From: Phyllosticta citribraziliensis
Lineage: Eukaryota
NCBI RefSeq assembly: GCF_038025025.1
Contig: NW_027117338.1
Coordinates: 2,356,001-2,420,000 of the forward strand
Length of the DNA stretch: 64,000 nucleotides
Reading direction: 5' to 3'
The notes beneath the pieces were generated by a model. It was given only the letters and a program-made list of their open reading frames with translations, did not search any database and was not told the DNA's origin. This document shows positions 12,922 through 27,063 of the stretch, piece by piece. Numbering within the stretch: the first letter of the stretch is position 1; the number at the start of each line of letters is the position of its first letter. A program made the translations under genes and the position numbers.

Positions 12922-14340
12922 GGGAGCGCTCAAGCACCACTGAAGCGCCAAAACAACGCATGCGGCTGTCCATCCATCCATCCATCCTCGACGTCTCTCG
13001 CGTCTGTTGAAGACTGCTGCAGCGCAGACTTCGAATTGCGGCGTTCATCAACCTGCGACACGCCGCGCCGGCAGCGGGCCGAGACGGCATGCGTCTCCCT
13101 GTATGTACCTGTGGCGAACGTGTAAGCGGACGGCCCGGCGGGCGGGCGGACGGACGGGCCGGGCAGACGGGAAGGGATGGAGAGTCCAAGTTGAGATGGC
13201 GTGGAGGTGGAGGTCGGCAAACGAGACCAGGCGGCGGGGGGCAAAATGTAGGACGGCGTGGAAGGAGGCTGGGAAGAGAGACAGAGATAGAAAGGTGTGG
13301 CGACGGTACGGGCCGGACGGACGGACGGATGGCGGACAGATGGTGGTGGACGGGGATGTGGAAATGAAGGAAGGACGGGAGGAGCAGGGAGGTTGGGATG
13401 GATTGGAGCCAGTTTTGACGACATGTCTATGTAGACAGACAGACAGATACAACACAGGTGGGTAGGCAACAGATATCGCGGACAAGAAGAACCCCCGTTC
13501 TCTCTTTTCTGTCAAGCTCAAAGAGCATTCCGGCAGACGGACGGACTGGCCGCACCTTGCCCAGACAATGAAGACATGTACACAGAAGTAAACAGGAAAA
13601 GTCAGCCTGCAAGCCAGCCAGCTAGCCAACCTACAAGCAGATAAGTAGAGACAAGAACGAAAAGCACTATCAAAGTGCAAGAAAGAAGTAGTCGGGCGAA
13701 GGAGAAAAAACAAAAAGGAGACTGGGAAAAGAAGACACAAAGAGGCACAGCCCAAGGCTTTGTTGTATGTATTGCTTGCATAAACGACGAATCTCACCCT
13801 GCCTTCCTTCCCCGTGGCATATCATAGAGGATGTTCAAGAAGCAGAAGAAAAAAATTGCAACCGACCGACCAACTGACCGAGTAGCCCACCGACTGAACG
13901 ACCGACCTGACATAGCCATGAGCCGGTGATCCAGTGGCGGGGTGGGGGCAGTGGTGCTCAACTCAAGATCTGGGCAGTGCCAAAGCATTGAGAAGCGGCG
14001 CCAGTGGTTGCGGAGCGAAGCGAAGAAAAGTGGAAGCCAGCAAGAAGCAGATGCCCTCCGTCCGTACCGTCCCGTCCTGTCCGTCATGTTCGCGTCATGG
14101 GTCATCAAATGCTTGCCTCCTTCTTGCATCCATCGGACCGTTTGCCATGCCCCTTTCCACGTTGCCACTGTTAGGCCCTGTTTGATACGTACCTCTTTTT
14201 ACATGTGCATCTATCCGTTCTTCCGTTCTGCTTGCAGTGCTTGCAAAGTTTGCATCCACAGACGTTCAATGACAGGTCGTCAGCACGCTGTATTGTCATC
14301 GACAAGGCAGAAGAAAAAGAGAGAGACAAGGCAGGCTGGC

Positions 14341-15690
14341 TTACAAGCCGCCATGACCATGCGCGTGGCCGTGAACGCCTCTCCTGACACTGCCACCCCG
14401 AGCAAGGTGACCACGGAGGTGCTCAGACCGGCGTTCATGGCCACTGCCCGAGCCAGCGCCAGCACCAGAAGAGGTACTGTTCCAGCCCTGCCCCTGGAAC
14501 GCCTGACGACCAGGCGTGCCAGTGGATAGGGGCACTCCGGTAGGCGCCGTGGGGGCGGTGACTGACTGAACGGCGACAACGCGGGTCGTGAGCGTAGTGA
14601 AAACCTGGAGCGTCTGGGTGGCGCGCAGCGTGTTGGTGGTTGTGAGCTCGGGCGAGCTGGATTGCGGCTGTTGCTGTTGCTCTTGGCCAGGCTCCGTTCC
14701 TTGCTCTTCCTCTGGGGCGGGCGCGGATTCCGGCTCTTGGTTGCTCTGCGGTTCGACCTCTTCCTCGGGCTCCTCGGAGGGTGGGCTGGCGATGGGCGTC
14801 GGGGTGCCACTGACGGTGACGAAAAACGTAGTCGTAGGCGTGACGGTCTTGGTGACGCGGAACGGGCAGACATTGCCAGTGCCCTGAGCCGCGACGGTTG
14901 CCGAGAGGATAGATGGAGCGGGGGAGGTGGAGTTCTTGAAAGGGAAGGGTGGAACGATGGCTGGTGGCGTGTAGACTGGGGTTGAAGAGACGACAGCGGG
15001 CGTAGTCTCTACCGGAATAGGTGTGCTGCTGGTGGTCGGAGGAGTGAAGACGGGAGCCGGAGAAGACGACGACTCGACCGGTGCAGGTGAAGACGACAAG
15101 ACCACCGATGATGTGGTCGGCGGGACGACGCTGCTGGTGGGAAGCACGAACGAGGTGGGCGCCGGCGCAGACGTCTCAACAGAGGAAGAAGCGGGAGCAG
15201 AAGAGGCAGCAGCACCACCCTTGCCGTCGACGAGCTTCTTGAGCTCGCTGAAGCCACCGTACAGGGGAGTGTAGTCGTAGAACATGCGGCCATCCCAGAT
15301 GTGCGCGCAGTTTTGAGCACCGGCGGACTTGACACTGACCTGGCAGTGGCCAGTCGTCTCGCCGCAAACCTGCTGTCCGGCGCCGGTGGAAATGTCAAGC
15401 TCGCCGTCTGGGCGCGAGCATTGGTCAATGACGAGGAGGTGCTTGCAGCCGACGGAGCCGCAGACTTCGATGCAGGAGCCGCAGGTGTTCTTGGTGACGC
15501 CGCCATATGCCGTCACGGATGAGAGGTCCAGAGAGCTGTAGGGCACCTCGCACCACGGCGGGTTGCTGTCGGCGACGCCGGACTGGTAGACCATGTAGTC
15601 GTGCAGAGTGGCATCAGTCTGCAAGTTGTCGAGGGAGACGGCCGAGGCCGTGGCCAAGAGGGTGGCCAGAGAAATCTTGAGAGAAAGCAT
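14341..15690 (-). CDS. Secreted RlpA-like double-psi beta-barrel (expansin/loosenin/barwin-like) protein with Ser/Thr/Pro-rich stalk and His-rich tail
   Basis: Signal peptide MLSLKISLATLLATASA; CGSCIEV...VIDQC...LDIS motif of DPBB domains; long S/T/P region; single exon. Confidence 0.75.
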   Translation of the reverse strand: MLSLKISLATLLATASAVSLDNLQTDATLHDYMVYQSGVADSNPPWCEVPYSSLDLSSVTAYGGVTKNTCGSCIEVCGSVGCKHLLVIDQCSRPDGELDISTGAGQQVCGETTGHCQVSVKSAGAQNCAHIWDGRMFYDYTPLYGGFSELKKLVDGKGGAAASSAPASSSVETSAPAPTSFVLPTSSVVPPTTSSVVLSSSPAPVESSSSPAPVFTPPTTSSTPIPVETTPAVVSSTPVYTPPAIVPPFPFKNSTSPAPSILSATVAAQGTGNVCPFRVTKTVTPTTTFFVTVSGTPTPIASPPSEEPEEEVEPQSNQEPESAPAPEEEQGTEPGQEQQQQPQSSSPELTTTNTLRATQTLQVFTTLTTRVVAVQSVTAPTAPTGVPLSTGTPGRQAFQGQGWNSTSSGAGAGSGSGHERRSEHLRGHLARGGSVRRGVHGHAHGHGGL

Positions 15691-16278
15691 CTTGCGGGGC
15701 TGACTGTAGAGACTGGATAAATCGGAAAGGGGAGTTTGTTGTAGTTGACTCTTTTTTGTTTGGAAGGAACGGCAGCTCAACTGCAAGACAAGTGAAGCCT
15801 CAGGCCTCTGGATTGGAAGCAGGAGAAAAAGGAGTGTGGTTGACGAGGTCAAAGGAACGGATTGACTAGCTCAGCCTGTCAGTCAGTCGGTCGAGACGAG
15901 AGTCGCGAGGAGGGTGAAGCCAAGTCATGTCCGGCGGGGGTCGCTATTAGTTATAGGGCGGGCGTAAACGTTGAGGGCTCTCGGCAAGATCCTGTCAGGA
16001 CATGCAGGAACATGAACCGGGCGGGTGTGATGAAAACTGGATCGGGCGCCTGGCGTGGCGATGTCATGGCTGGGTGAGAAGGTAGCTGGACCGACTGCCT
16101 TAGGGTAGGGTCTTGGACGCTGGGTGGCTGCGCAGCAGGACGCCAGACTTTCAGGAACAACCAAATCACGGCGACGCTGCAGGGAATGGCCTTACGGGGA
16201 GCTCGACTGCGCGCCCGCTCCCGAAATTGCGACTGGGATTCTACAAGACTCGTCCACCTCCCATCACAGCTAATGTAC

Positions 16279-17660
<1,382 letters not shown>

Positions 17661-19982
17661 GGCTGCTGCTGTCTTTTCTCGAATTGTACAGTCCTTGAAT
17701 ATCATTCGTCGCTCGGTCTGGTGCTTTGTACAGCCGGTCGTCTAATCGCGCGTCTAATGCCGTGTCGTCCGTCGGGTTGTGGTGGTGGACAAGATCGTCG
17801 TGTCCAAAAAGGAAATGCCCAAACGCAGCCTCGTCGGTCGAAGGTCGATGCAAGTGTGGCAAAAAGACAGGCCGCACAGTAAGAGGGGGGATCTAGAATA
17901 AGAGGAAGAAGAGGAAGGATTGATTAGTCGCCCATGGCATCGTTTTCTCTCGTCCGCGCCGAGGTGAACGGAGGAAACAAAGCACCACACCACCGCTGCG
18001 CTCCGCTTCCAGTCGCCCCGCCAGGGACCTTTGCCGACGGCCAGCCGAGGCCGGTCCTGCATCCCCGCGACTGGGTGATCTGACAGGGCCCGGGGATCAC
18101 GTTGATCCCACCCTGGTCTGTGCGCTATCACATGTGCTCCAGCGAGTGCTTCAGCTATTGCCTTTGGAAGAAATCAATTGTCCACCTCGTTCTCGCGTCG
18201 ACGGAGAATTACGTCAATATGAACGCTGACCGAGTAGTGCAATAGCCATGAAGTCTTGACTCGGCTGTCCAACTGCTTGACGGCAATATACTTCCACTCT
18301 GGCCCCAAGCGAGCTACATCTTGCCAGTGCACGGAGAATAGTCCGTAAGCCTGGTCCATGGATTAGCAACGCAGGAAAAGTCAAGAGGTCACGATGGATT
18401 CTGCCTGGAGCTCTCTCTCTGACAACGTCCATGTGTACATGTTCGAAAAGCTGATTCAGAGAGCTTCATCTTGGTTTCGCTTTCAAGAGCTTCGGAGGCT
18501 GCATCTTCACTCCAAGGTCAACAAATGCGGAATCCACGGTGAATTCGAATCTTAGGGATATGGTTGCTCCATGACTCTACGTGCGAGATGCACAGCCTTT
18601 TTTCCCCCTGCGAAACTCCAACCAGATACACCTGTCTATGCCCATTCATTCTTGAAACGCCATCGCCCTAACAATTTTACGCCGCGGTGTGCCATGAAGG
18701 TAAATACTCTCTCTGTGTTCTAGAGCAAGCTTCCCAAAGCCCCGGTGGACTGTGGAGAGTAAGCCGGTTCCGTTTGTGGGAGTCGAGAAGCAAGTCAGCC
18801 CGCTTCTTTTTTTCGGGTCGAGTTCTCGCGGTCCTACAGCCCAGTCAGCGACTCACAACTCAGCCTCGTGGGTATTTCTTTTCTCCATCTGACGTGCAGT
18901 CTCAAAAGAAATCTACCCGCCGCACTCACCCAGCTTGGGTCACGGCCGTCGCCACAACGCTCAAAGCGCTTCCTGTGTTCGTTTCGTTCCGACCGGACTT
19001 GGCGGTGGTTGTGGTGGCGGCGATGGGGGATCTTCTCGCGAGAAAATGAAGCGAGACTGGGAATGAGACATGGCCCTCGAGCGAGACGGCGGTCCGCCAT
19101 CTCTTATTGAGGATCGTGCCAAGCGACGACCACTTGGGGGCTGAGTTGATGGCCTCTGCTCCGAAAATGGACATTGGGAGCGATGTTTGACGCCATGTTC
19201 GGACTTGTAGCCATATGGAAGGCTTGGGATAAAAAGCATGGTCGGGAAGGTCGAGGTCCAAAACAAAACGATAACAAGCTGACAGGCCTTCAAGATTGCG
19301 TCAAAGATGGCGCAGTCAGGGAATATTCGATATCCTCGAGTCGAGGGGAAGGGATGGCTATGAAAGAGCGTTCAATTTCCTGCTTTGGTTGAGGAAGCAA
19401 GGCTAAGCAAGCAGATATCCAGTTACTGGGGAGAAGTAGGTGAGATTTCAGTGTTGTCGAGGCCGCCACGGCCCGCACCGTAGATTTGGATTGCTGCATA
19501 ATGCCGCGAGCGTATTAGGTTATGGCTCAAGAGCGGAGACGGAGCTGCCTGCGCCCGTTGGATAGAGGGCAAACACGGCCGGCAGAGTCAACCGAAAAAG
19601 ATAGTGACGCGAGAGCAAAGCTTTGTCGCATCAACCTCCGTCACGTTTCATGCGCCGGAAGAAACATGAAGAAGCGCAGGGCTGACCCATTTTGAGTGGT
19701 AAGACAGGGAGGGAATCTTGCAGATTTCCCGAGTTTAGTAAAGCAACCGCATTAGCGTTACGCCGCCGTGGCCAATTGAATCAAAGGCTACGTCTGTGTC
19801 GAAGGTTGACTCTGCGTCACTGTTGCCGGACTAGCGATTCGATCGACGGAAATCTTCAAGTAGTGTAAGCAGGTCTGCGTTTCTGTGGTATTTGATACTG
19901 CGCGACTCACACACCCGGCCAAGTTGGTTGCACCTGCATGTACAGCGAACCGCCAAACCCAACGTGGCTAACCGCAGTAGAC

Positions 19983-21712
19983 TCAGCGGTTGTCGACGCA
20001 TAGATGTTGCTTCAGCCAGCAGGCCAAACCCCCCTGCCTCGACTCCAGAATTTCTATTTCCGCTTTTACATTCAGGACCAGCATCATCTGCAATTCGCGT
20101 TTCCACTCCGCTGCCGCATCATTGTCGAATACGGAGTTTTCGAGCATCTTTGTGGCCTTTCGACGGTCTCGGAGGCTCAGTCGCAAAAGACCGAGCTCGC
20201 CATGTATATCTGGATTTGGCTTGTTCCAAGTATCATTACCCTCAACCGGCAAAACGCTCGCCATCTTGACACCAAGCCATTGGATATTTGGGTTGCTGAG
20301 AGTGGCGGTTTCGTGGGCGAGTGAGTCGGAGCCGTATTTGTATGTTGATAATATGCCGATTCCATCCGGGTCAGAGTCAACCAAGCCGAGGATGCGAACG
20401 TCGGTGTGGGCTGTTGCTGTAGCTTGACTCAACGCACGGACGAGTTTCCGGGTTGCCAGATCTGGATACCCTTTTCCCTGTAGAACGTGAGCGCCAAACG
20501 CTTACAGAGGGCATCACTCGGTGTGGACGACGCGGTACAAAGACTGACTGTGATAATGACCCCTTGGTCTTTAACTTCATTCCAGAACTTGGACGAAACC
20601 AGCGAGCGAAAGGTTGCCTGAGGCTAATCAGCACAACCATCACACAAGGAACGTTGAGGTCGTAACCTCTTTCTCGACAATGAGGATCCATCGGACCGCC
20701 GTAGCATCGATGGAGTCAAGTTGATGCAAATTCGGAACGAGTGTCTCGTCGGAATCATTGAAGAGACGACGCTGCTGTTGGCCGTCTCTGAAAACCGAAA
20801 AAGCCCCAGCTACTAAACCTTTCGCGGCGGCAGTCTGGTCGAGAATTAGAAGGCGAATCGTTAAGGTCGAGCAGTAAGACCTACCACGTTCAGCGCAAAT
20901 CTGGACACCCCGAAAGTGAACGCAATGTCATCCACGTAGCGGTCGACAACAGCCTGGTTCAAGAACAAAGATGGAGTTCTGTAGTAAATCTCCCTGTTTT
21001 AGACTGAGATGAGCATCAAGTGTGCGATCACAATGCAAGATTTGATAGATGAGAAAAGAAAAAAGGACCAATGATCACCTCTTTGAAATGGGAGAATTGG
21101 AAAGCAGGCTTTCATAGATGTGCTCCAAGATACGAACCACCACAGCTGGAATGATTAGCATCAACAGAGACGTTTCTGTACATTGCACGGAACAGTACCA
21201 AATTTCCAAGCAACACGGGCAGACTTGGCTGGGTACTGAATCAGTTGAAAAGACAAGGTTTTTGATCCTTGGTTCCTTGGACGGCATTTCAGGCGCATTG
21301 TAAGCATCCCCCTTTTGGCATTGAGAACGTCCAGCATGGACTCGAAAATTGTTTCGATCTTGAGAATGACCCTCCGTTTGGCGGAACCTAATTCGGAGGC
21401 TGATTCGGCACAGGTGCCGGGCCCAGGACAACCATTGGCGACAGAAGGCGACATGGCTTCTGATTCGTCTATTATTCGAGAAATCGCTGAAGACTCTTCG
21501 ACTCGGAGAGTTTGTGCGATTGGCTTCTCCGGTGAGTCCTGCAGGTCCAAGCTGGCGGTTTTCAACAACCTTGGAGGTGAATTCTGCCAGTCACTTGAGC
21601 CGAAGAGCATATCTGAGCCGTCGAGGTCCATTGCTGAAGCGGAAGGGGCAAGCTCGCAGTCGTCGTGCGGCTCCGGGCTCTCAAAGAGCATCGAGTCGTC
21701 GTCGAAGTCCAT
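19983..21712 (-). CDS. SPO11: Meiotic double-strand-break transesterase Spo11 (topoisomerase VI A family)
   Basis: Spliced REIYY (catalytic Tyr region), AAAKGLV, IVEKEATF, GKGYPDLATR, DSDPDGIGILSTYKYGS, KAEIE. Confidence 0.93.
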
Positions 21713-22050
21713 GACCAAGGCACAGCAACAGGCGTGGGCGCTCGAAGACGGGGTGCGGTGCGGAAGTGAAGTGACCGCCCACCCTGCCTGCCCTGGTGGA
21801 CGGCCGGGGAGAGTCCCCAGGCGGAAGGCGCACGGACTGCCGGCCCTATTCCGCCAGACGGACGGGAACGCGCGACGACGCGTCTTCGCGACTCGGACCT
21901 GCCACTCCAGCCAATCCACTCTGGACTCCCCCCCAATCCCCACATCCCATCGTTGGCGGTGTCATCCAGCCTCGGCGCGCTGTGCTGTTCCAGCGTCGTC
22001 ATCCATACCGGTACCTCACTTTAGAGCCTCCTCCGCAACCTTCCTTCACC

Positions 22051-24047
22051 ATGGCCGACAACGCACCATTCACCAAGTCGACACCGCGCAAGCGGCCCGC
22101 TCCAGACGATGGGGACTCGCACGATAGCGCCAGCTCTCTGTCGACGCCAAAGACGATAGAATCACCAGAGTCTACCCGTACCTCAAACGCTGGTGATCCG
22201 AGACAACCCTCTCCATCTCTAAGCATTGCAGGCTCCGCGACTGATTCACAGCCTGCCACCAACGGCCCTCCGACATCTACCGCCAGCTCTCACAAGGCAA
22301 AGCGCCGGAAACTCACACCCTTCGAACAGCAGCAGAAGCGCCTGGAAGAAGAAGCGAAGAAACGGACCAAGGAGGAAAAGAAGGCCGAGAAGGAGGCTGA
22401 ACAGCAGGCCAAGGATAGAGCAAAGCAGGAAAAGAAGGCCCAGGCAGAGGAAAAGAAGGCCCAGACAGAGGCAAAGAAGGCCCAGGCCGAAGCGAAGAAG
22501 AGGGAGAAGGAAGCAGCGAAGCAGAAGAAAGAAGAAGAGCAGGCTAAGAAAGCTCGGGTATGGTACACCTCCAAAATAACGGGACTCTACTGACCACTCA
22601 ATCTCTCAGGCACAAATGAAAATCGATTTCCTATTCAGATCCAAACCAGCCACTACCCCGCCTGCGGCCTCCTCTTCTGCGGCTCAGGAAAAGCCGAGTC
22701 CATCAGCACAGCAACCTGTAACTCATCAACACACTTCACCGGTGTCTACGCAAGTTAAGCCGACTCGATCCGACTACGACAAGACCTTCTTGTCCTACAG
22801 CCTGCCATCCCACACGGTCCTTGCCCCCGAGAACCACTTCTTTGCAGATCTTCCAGATTCAGCATTACAAACCGCCAGGGCACGGCTTGACGCCATTGTG
22901 TCTGGAGAATCCGAGGAGGCGCGGCGGACAATCATCAAAGCAATTGAGAAGCACGACTTTTCAAGCCTGTTCCAAATCCCAGAGGCTTTTCGAGAACAGA
23001 GGGGATTTCTCTATCCTTCGGTGAAGGAGCTTGTGGCGCAACTCAGTGGCGCATCAAGCGAGGTGGTCGACTTGACGGGAGACGTTTCAGAAGATGCATC
23101 TCGCGATGCCATGGAGAAGCTCAAGGCGATTCCTATGAAATTCCTGCGTTTCTGGGAAGACATTCGGCCTCCTTATTGCGGAACGTTTAGCAGGGTGCAA
23201 TCCGAAGAGCAGACGCGCAAGTTGGCTCTGAATCCATCTTCCAAATCACTGCCTGAGGTCAACTACGAGTATGATTCAGAAGCAGAGTGGGAAGATCCTG
23301 GTGAAGGCGAGGACTTGGATGTCGAAGATGAAGATGACGTTGAGAGCGAGTCTGGAGATGACATGGAAGGTTTCCTCGTCGACGATGACGATCCGGCGGT
23401 GCAGAACAAACGACGTCTAATTACTGGCGATCTGGAACCTGTGTGCAGCGGCCTCTGCTGGGAAACTAACAAGGGCTCCCTGCGCAAGGCGGATGGGTCC
23501 GTTGAGACGTTCCAGGGCTGGTCTGATTTCAAGATGGGAGTCCTGCTTGGTGAGTAGAGCCTCCAAATCACTGCGACGACGCTTACGCTGCCTCAAGAAC
23601 CACAACCGGCAAGCATTGATCCCTTCTCTACTGCCTATTGGGAGTCCGATCCCGCTCCTCTTCCCACCGTGCAGATTTCTCGAGATGGCTTCGGCACCAT
23701 GAATCCTCCAAGACTGCCGCTTCATCCACGTCCCGATGGAAACATGAACGGATTTCCCGCTCAGCCTACTGCGACTGGCAATGCGCCAAAACCTCCAAAA
23801 CGCACAGTCCCTCCCGAAGTGATGGCCGAGTTCAAGGCAGCCATTGAGGGCAGTGATCTCACAAAGCTCGGCTTAATCGAAGCGCTCAAGAAACAGTATG
23901 TACTCTGACCTCATCAAAGATGTTTACTAATCGGTTAGATTTCCCAAAATCCCCAAGGATGCCATCTCAAACACTTTGCCAATTGTCGCGGTCCGTGTCG
24001 GTGCCAAAGCCAGCGAGAAACGCTGGGCACTGTTGGACTCGACCTGA
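22051..24047 (+). CDS. RLF2: Chromatin assembly factor 1 subunit A (Cac1/Rlf2)
   Basis: K/E/R-rich coiled coil; PIP-like QMKIDFLF; MKFLRFWEDIRPPYCGTF; YEYDSEAEWEDPGEGEDLD; C-terminal LTKLGLIEALKK..FPK..K...KRW. Confidence 0.92.
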
Positions 24048-24783
24048 ATTTGATCATCCGACCTGCCAAAAAATCCATTCCCATGGATCATTGCCTACAA
24101 CGAGTCTCGGCCTGTTTTCTGCTGGCACAGCACATGAGTTGTTTTAGTATCCTGCCATGAACAGGCTATCCAAGTGTAAACACTTCATACCCGACTGTAC
24201 CATTACCGCGATTTCAGAGGAAACATTCCTGCGTCAAGATTGGCAGGACATCAACAACTCCGTGGCTTCCGGGGGGCATAGTATTTACACATCGGAGAGA
24301 TGAACAAAGGCTGCATGGGAGAGCTGAGCGGATGATGTGCATATTTAGAGTTCGGCTGGGACAACGGGGTCTGCACCATGTGCGGAGGATTGCTTCTAGT
24401 AAGACAGACTATAAATGGACTGCTTTAGCTGCATGATAACAGGGACAGCGCAAAGAGGTTATGCAGGTTCGCAGAGAGCATTCCAGCCGCACGCCTGGTG
24501 CTTCATCCGAGGCTGTCATTTGCGTTAGGTGTCGCGTCTGCTCCACGGCTCGGCGCGTAAGTTGTCAGAGACCCCAGTCAATACTTTATTTGAAAACCGA
24601 CGGGCAATGAAGCTCCGATCGTGCTTGTTCAAATATTGGCTTTGGCCAACGACGCGACTTTGACAGATGCGGTCTCCTAAGCGCATCTCTTGGTGGTGGC
24701 TCTTGCTTGTGACATCATCCGAACACGTCTTCCGACTCCGTGCCGACTTTTTACCTCCATAACAACAACACACTCTGCGGCGC

Positions 24784-26528
24784 ATGGTGAGCATCTCAGC
24801 GTTGACAAAGGAAGCATCGGCTTCCGATGTCAATCCTCCAGCCCAACAGGGCTCGTCCTTCTCCATCCTCGAGGTCTTGGCTTCTATCGCCCTGATCTGG
24901 TACCTGGCAGTGGTCGTTGTGTGCACGGTGGGCTACACTCAGCTGTAAGCACCATGGCTCTCGCGCGCCTTATAGCTACTGATTCTGCTCGCAGGAGACG
25001 ATGGTACTCCTCAGTTCCTCCACCGGCCTTCTCCGTCGCGTCTTTGCCTGAAGCCGAAATTCCGCACGTCACCGTCATTCGACCCGTCAAAGGCCTAGAG
25101 CCCAGTCTTTCCGAATGCCTCGCCGCAACTTTCCACCAAACCTATCCCCGGGAGAAGTTGGCCATCTTCTTTTGCATATCGTCGCGCGACGACCCGGCGT
25201 ATCCGACTCTAGTCCGCTTGGTCGACGAGTTTCCTGCCTTTGACGCGCACGTCCTGGTCGAAACCGATGATCCTTACCTCCAAGATGACGGCACTGGCGG
25301 GGTCAAACTTGGCCCCAATCCGAAGATACGCAACATGAGCAGAGCATACCGCGAGGCCAAAGGAGACATAGTTTGGATCTTGGACTGTAACGTGTGGATC
25401 GCAAAAGGCGTATGCGGGCGGATGGTCGACACGCTTTGCGGCTTCGGCGGGAAGAAGAAGAACAAATTCGTCCACCAGCTGCCTCTGGTCGTCGACACTG
25501 ACGCATCTGCGTACTGCGAGGAAGCGCAGGGCCTGCTAGGCTCCGGGGCAGATGGGCAAGCCGGGCAAGCCCATGCAGCCTTTGGAGAGCTTGCGGCCTA
25601 CTCCCGCGATTCTGCTCCTTGGAGATCCCGGCTTTGGCGCGTTGGTGGTGGAAGGCTTGAGGAGCTCTTCATGTCTTCTTCTCACGCAAAGTTTTACACG
25701 GCCATCAACACGGTTCTGCTCGCGCCTTGCATTGTTGGCAAATCCAACATGTTTCGCCGTTCGCACCTCAACTCGCTGACTGGACCCTCTCCCGAGCAAC
25801 CAGAGGGCATAAACTTCTTCTCCGAAAACATCTGCGAGGACCATCTGATTGGCGACCGGCTTTGGAAGAAGAAGATTCCCGAAGAGCACCTCGGCGAGAA
25901 GTGGGGCAAGCATGCCATGGTTTTTGGTGATCTGGTCATCCAGCCCATGGCCGGCATGAGCGTGAGCGAGTACATTGCGCGTCGAGTGAGATGGCTGCGA
26001 GTGCGCAAGTTCACCGTGCTGTTGGCGACGTTGGTAGAGCCGGGCACTGAAGCTTTTCTGTGCTCCCTGTACGGCGCTTTCGTCGTCACGACCTTGCCAT
26101 TTTTCCACGACACGCTGGGCATCCCTCAGACCTGGACGGCTTTTTGGACGTTTTGGATCCTCAACGTTGCCGGCTGGTGTACTGTTGACTGGACACTGTA
26201 CCGCAAGCTGCACTCGGGGGCAACGCTTGACATCGATGAGAACACCCCATCTTTTGCACGACCCCACAAGACTGCGAACGGCACGCGGAGACCCTTCTAT
26301 CAGTGGTTCATGGCATGGCTGGGCAGGGAAAGCCTCGCGTGGCCCATCTGGGCTTGGGCGGTATTCGGCGGCATGACCGTCGCTTGGAGAGGCAAGAAGT
26401 TTTGGGTTGGCATGGACATGAAGGTTCATGAGATCAAGGGAAAAGAGAGGGCGGAGTCATCTAGTGGCAGAGCGACGCAGAACGGGAGCAGTAATGGCTC
26501 GCCTCGGAAGAAGGTCAGGAGTGACTAG
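24784..26528 (+). CDS. GCS1: Ceramide glucosyltransferase (glucosylceramide synthase, GT21)
   Basis: N-terminal TM helix then an intron; [46 protein letters not shown]. Confidence 0.93.
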
Positions 26529-27063
26529 ATCAGTGCAGACGAGTATATAGGTTTGTCAATGTTGAGCGCGAGATCATTCATCCCAAGTCTTGGAGTTTCA
26601 GTATGCTGATGGACCGGGAAGAAATTCGTCTAACTCAAGCTGCACGCAACAAAATTTATCTGAAGGACTGACCTTTTCCCCTTTTCGCGGCTGATAGGCT
26701 CCGGAAGTTGCACTCTCGATGATCCGACCGACTTGGTGGCGCACAAGCTGGCCCCGAAAACTTCCATATCAGTTTAGCGCTGACGCTCAGCAACATGACC
26801 AGCGAAGAGCATGGTGAGAACCACGCCTCTGGATCCCCTCAGGAGGTCTGGAACTTCGTCGCTGCCTCGCGCCTCCTTTTACAATAACGGCTCACTAACT
26901 TCCGGCAGGACATTTGTTCGGGTCGTGTGTGCTTGGAAAGAAATCTTCCTTTCCATTCTCTCACTATTTTGACAGCATCATGCTTGGCTTGCAAATCTGC
27001 CTGGGCCTTTTGAGACTCGATTCAATCCTTCAGAATCTTCAGTTTTTCAGACGAATGAATTGA

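Noticed and set aside
12400..14300. Multiple Arg/Pro-rich ORFs
   Set aside because: Products of microsatellite and low-complexity sequence; no coding signature
17750..19900. Short ORFs between nitronate monooxygenase and SPO11
   Set aside because: Frequent stops in all frames, no domain and no coherent splice model
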